Assembly: GCF_016433145.1 (NCBI RefSeq)
Contig: NC_058131.1
Span: 27,436,774-27,500,773, forward strand
Source of the DNA: Gracilinanus agilis
Taxonomy: Eukaryota
DNA: 64,000 nt
Direction: 5' to 3'
A program made the position numbers and the translations under genes. Shown one piece after another: positions 61,970 to 64,000 of the stretch (position 1 is its first letter; each line of letters starts with the position of its first letter). The notes beneath the pieces were generated by a model. That model worked only from the letters and a program-made list of their open reading frames with translations, was not told the DNA's origin and searched no databases.

Positions 61970-63479
61970 CACAGAATATAGCAACTTCTCAGCTCCTAGA
62001 AATTTAAACCAATTTAACCTAAAACTAGTCATCTGCCATATTCCCAAGAATTATAATCATTCTTTAGGGCAATGATCTTCAAAACTGGATATACACATTT
62101 CAAGGTATGTAGGAAATAATCCACAGGAGTATATCTTGTGGGCACAGCCTGCTGAGATATGGGTCACATCTTATTTTTGCTACTTAAATAGAACCAAATC
62201 ACTTCATTCAATGGGGTGCCCCACCACCCAGAAATGATGATTTAGAGAGGGAAAAATGTTCCAATAGCTTCTGTGGGTGCCTAGGTTATTGTTTGCTATA
62301 CCATGTGGCCATTTCCTGGTGTACTGCTCTTAGATGATATCATATTACTTCCCAGCCCTACCCCTTTTCCTATGGTTGGGTGGCCTTGTTTTTCAATGTC
62401 TCCATGACAGGAGCAATCATGTGGCTATAAAAGTACCCAAAATTCAAAGTTTTAAAAAACAATGGAGCATATTTAATTACATGACATACACAGAAATATA
62501 TTTTTCATGAAAACAAAAAGGTTTTCAGACTATTACTATTTTAAATGGCTTTAAATATTATTTGTTCTTCATTTTAACTTGAAATTTTCTTTTATGTTTT
62601 ATGATGTATCTGTTAGTACTGTAACATATATACATATATATATAATTATGTATAAAGAATTTATGTCAACATATATGTAGCAAGATAGAGTAAGGTCAAA
62701 CACACTTACTAATAATGTCACCAATTAGTTAAATATCATTTATTGAATAAACTGGAGAAATTTCCTTCCCCAACGCAGTATTAATAAATCATATAAAATT
62801 TATTAACACTCAGAATCAATATAAAAGGAAAGATAAAGAGAACTAAATACAGTTTCTTAGCTATGAGAAAATTCATGGCTAGAGTCACCTCAAACCCTCC
62901 ATATAATAGGGGATGACTGGCTTCTTTAAATTTCAGAAACATAATTTCACTATTCAGTTCACTCCAGATGATGAAAGTTTGATAAGAATTTTCTTCATAG
63001 TTGCCCTCATGGTAAGTTAAATTCAGTCTCTCAAGCAGTAAATGAGGGTGGTGTTTTCTCTATGATTTTCTCTTTAGTCCATACAAAAACTTGGATTTCT
63101 AACAGCTAATATTACCCCAACATTCAGTTTGGTTTTTAAAAACACAGTATTGTTATTTATAGTTTCTGAGAGAGAACAGATATGTTAATGAATGCTAGAT
63201 GGTAAAGGGCAAAGACTTCTGAGTTTAGAGTCAAGAAAGATCTGAATTTGAATCTTGCCTCAGATATTTCCTCACTGGTATGGACCCTACACAGTTCACT
63301 CAATCTCTCTGTTCTTTAGCTGCCTCACATAAAATGAAGATAATTTATAGCAGCTGACTATCAGGGTTATTATGAGTAGTAAAAGTGGTATATAAATGTT
63401 ATAAATTATTATGCAGAAAAAGATTTTTAGGAAATACAACATCCATTTTTGTTTAAAATAGAAAATAGGAATAACTGAA

Positions 63480-63960
63480 CTTTTCCTTAAAGAAATAAAT
63501 GGAATATATCTCAAAGAGCTAGTATTAAACATAATGGGGATAAATTAGAAACCTTTCAATACAGTTAGGGATGAAACAAAGATTTTTATTATCTATTTCT
63601 ACTTGACACAGTACTAGAAATGCTGGCTGTAATAATAAGATGAGAAAAAAGTTGAAGGAATAAGCAGGAGCAGTGAGCAAATAAAAAGATCATTTTTGCA
63701 TGATATATAAAGATCTCTAGAAAGTCAACTATAATTAATTATAAAATAATTCAACTCAAAATAACTATAGAACAAATAAAATGCTTGGACATCTATTCAA
63801 GATACATAGAAGAACTATATACATATAACTACAAACCACTGTGTACAGAAATAAAGACAGACTCAAATAATTGGAGAAATATCAATTGCCCATGCACAGG
63901 ATGAAACAATGCAATAAAATGACAATATTACTTAAATTAATTAACTTATCCAATGCCAAC
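63480..63960 (+). mobile_element. Degraded L1 ORF2 (RT region)
   Basis: aatggggataaattagaaaccttt...gtactagaaatgctggct...aaactcaaataattggagaaatatc. Confidence 0.7.
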
Positions 63961-64000
63961 CATTTAGGCTCAATCACATGGCTGGGAAAGGGCATGTTTT

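Larger units (their letters stand above)
61320..62010 (+). other. Candidate endogenous bornavirus-like L fragment (more C-terminal region), split by an LTR and a microsatellite
   Basis: RAER...MASNSSAHDMRP...QKDLVSAMRLIEIE versus recalled RPER...MAQLLARDL..LRP...[16 protein letters not shown]. After the insertion the frame reads IATSQL versus LAAKQL. Confidence 0.5.

Overview
Marsupial genomic DNA, most likely the opossum Monodelphis domestica (inferred from SINE1_Mdo-type SINEs, MIR/MAR1, L2, L3, RTE and marsupial L1, plus two N-gaps). The window holds a tandem cluster of divergent MHC class I-like genes whose sequence and exon layout fit the marsupial/monotreme UT family. I cannot assign UT numbers. 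All four genes are on the minus strand. Gene A is partial (leader and alpha1; the rest is off-window). Genes B (8253-14716) and C (17521-27078) each have six exons, all GT-AG, in phase and free of stops. Gene D (about 34.2-47.3 kb) has intact alpha1 to TM exons but a doubtful start codon and terminal exon. There are also three orphan class I fragments: an inverted promoter plus leader, a frameshifted TM exon and an inverted alpha1 pseudo-exon. Other content includes an internally deleted HSPA8 retrocopy, an R4/Dong-clade LINE fossil, solo LTRs and DNA-transposon MITEs. The most unexpected signal is three decayed + strand reading frames (about 28.8-29.7, 50.1-51.0 and 61.3-62.0 kb) that align by eye with bornavirus L polymerase as I recall its sequence. 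These are candidate endogenous bornavirus-like L elements interleaved with the immune-gene cluster, and they need confirming by tBLASTn or HMM.
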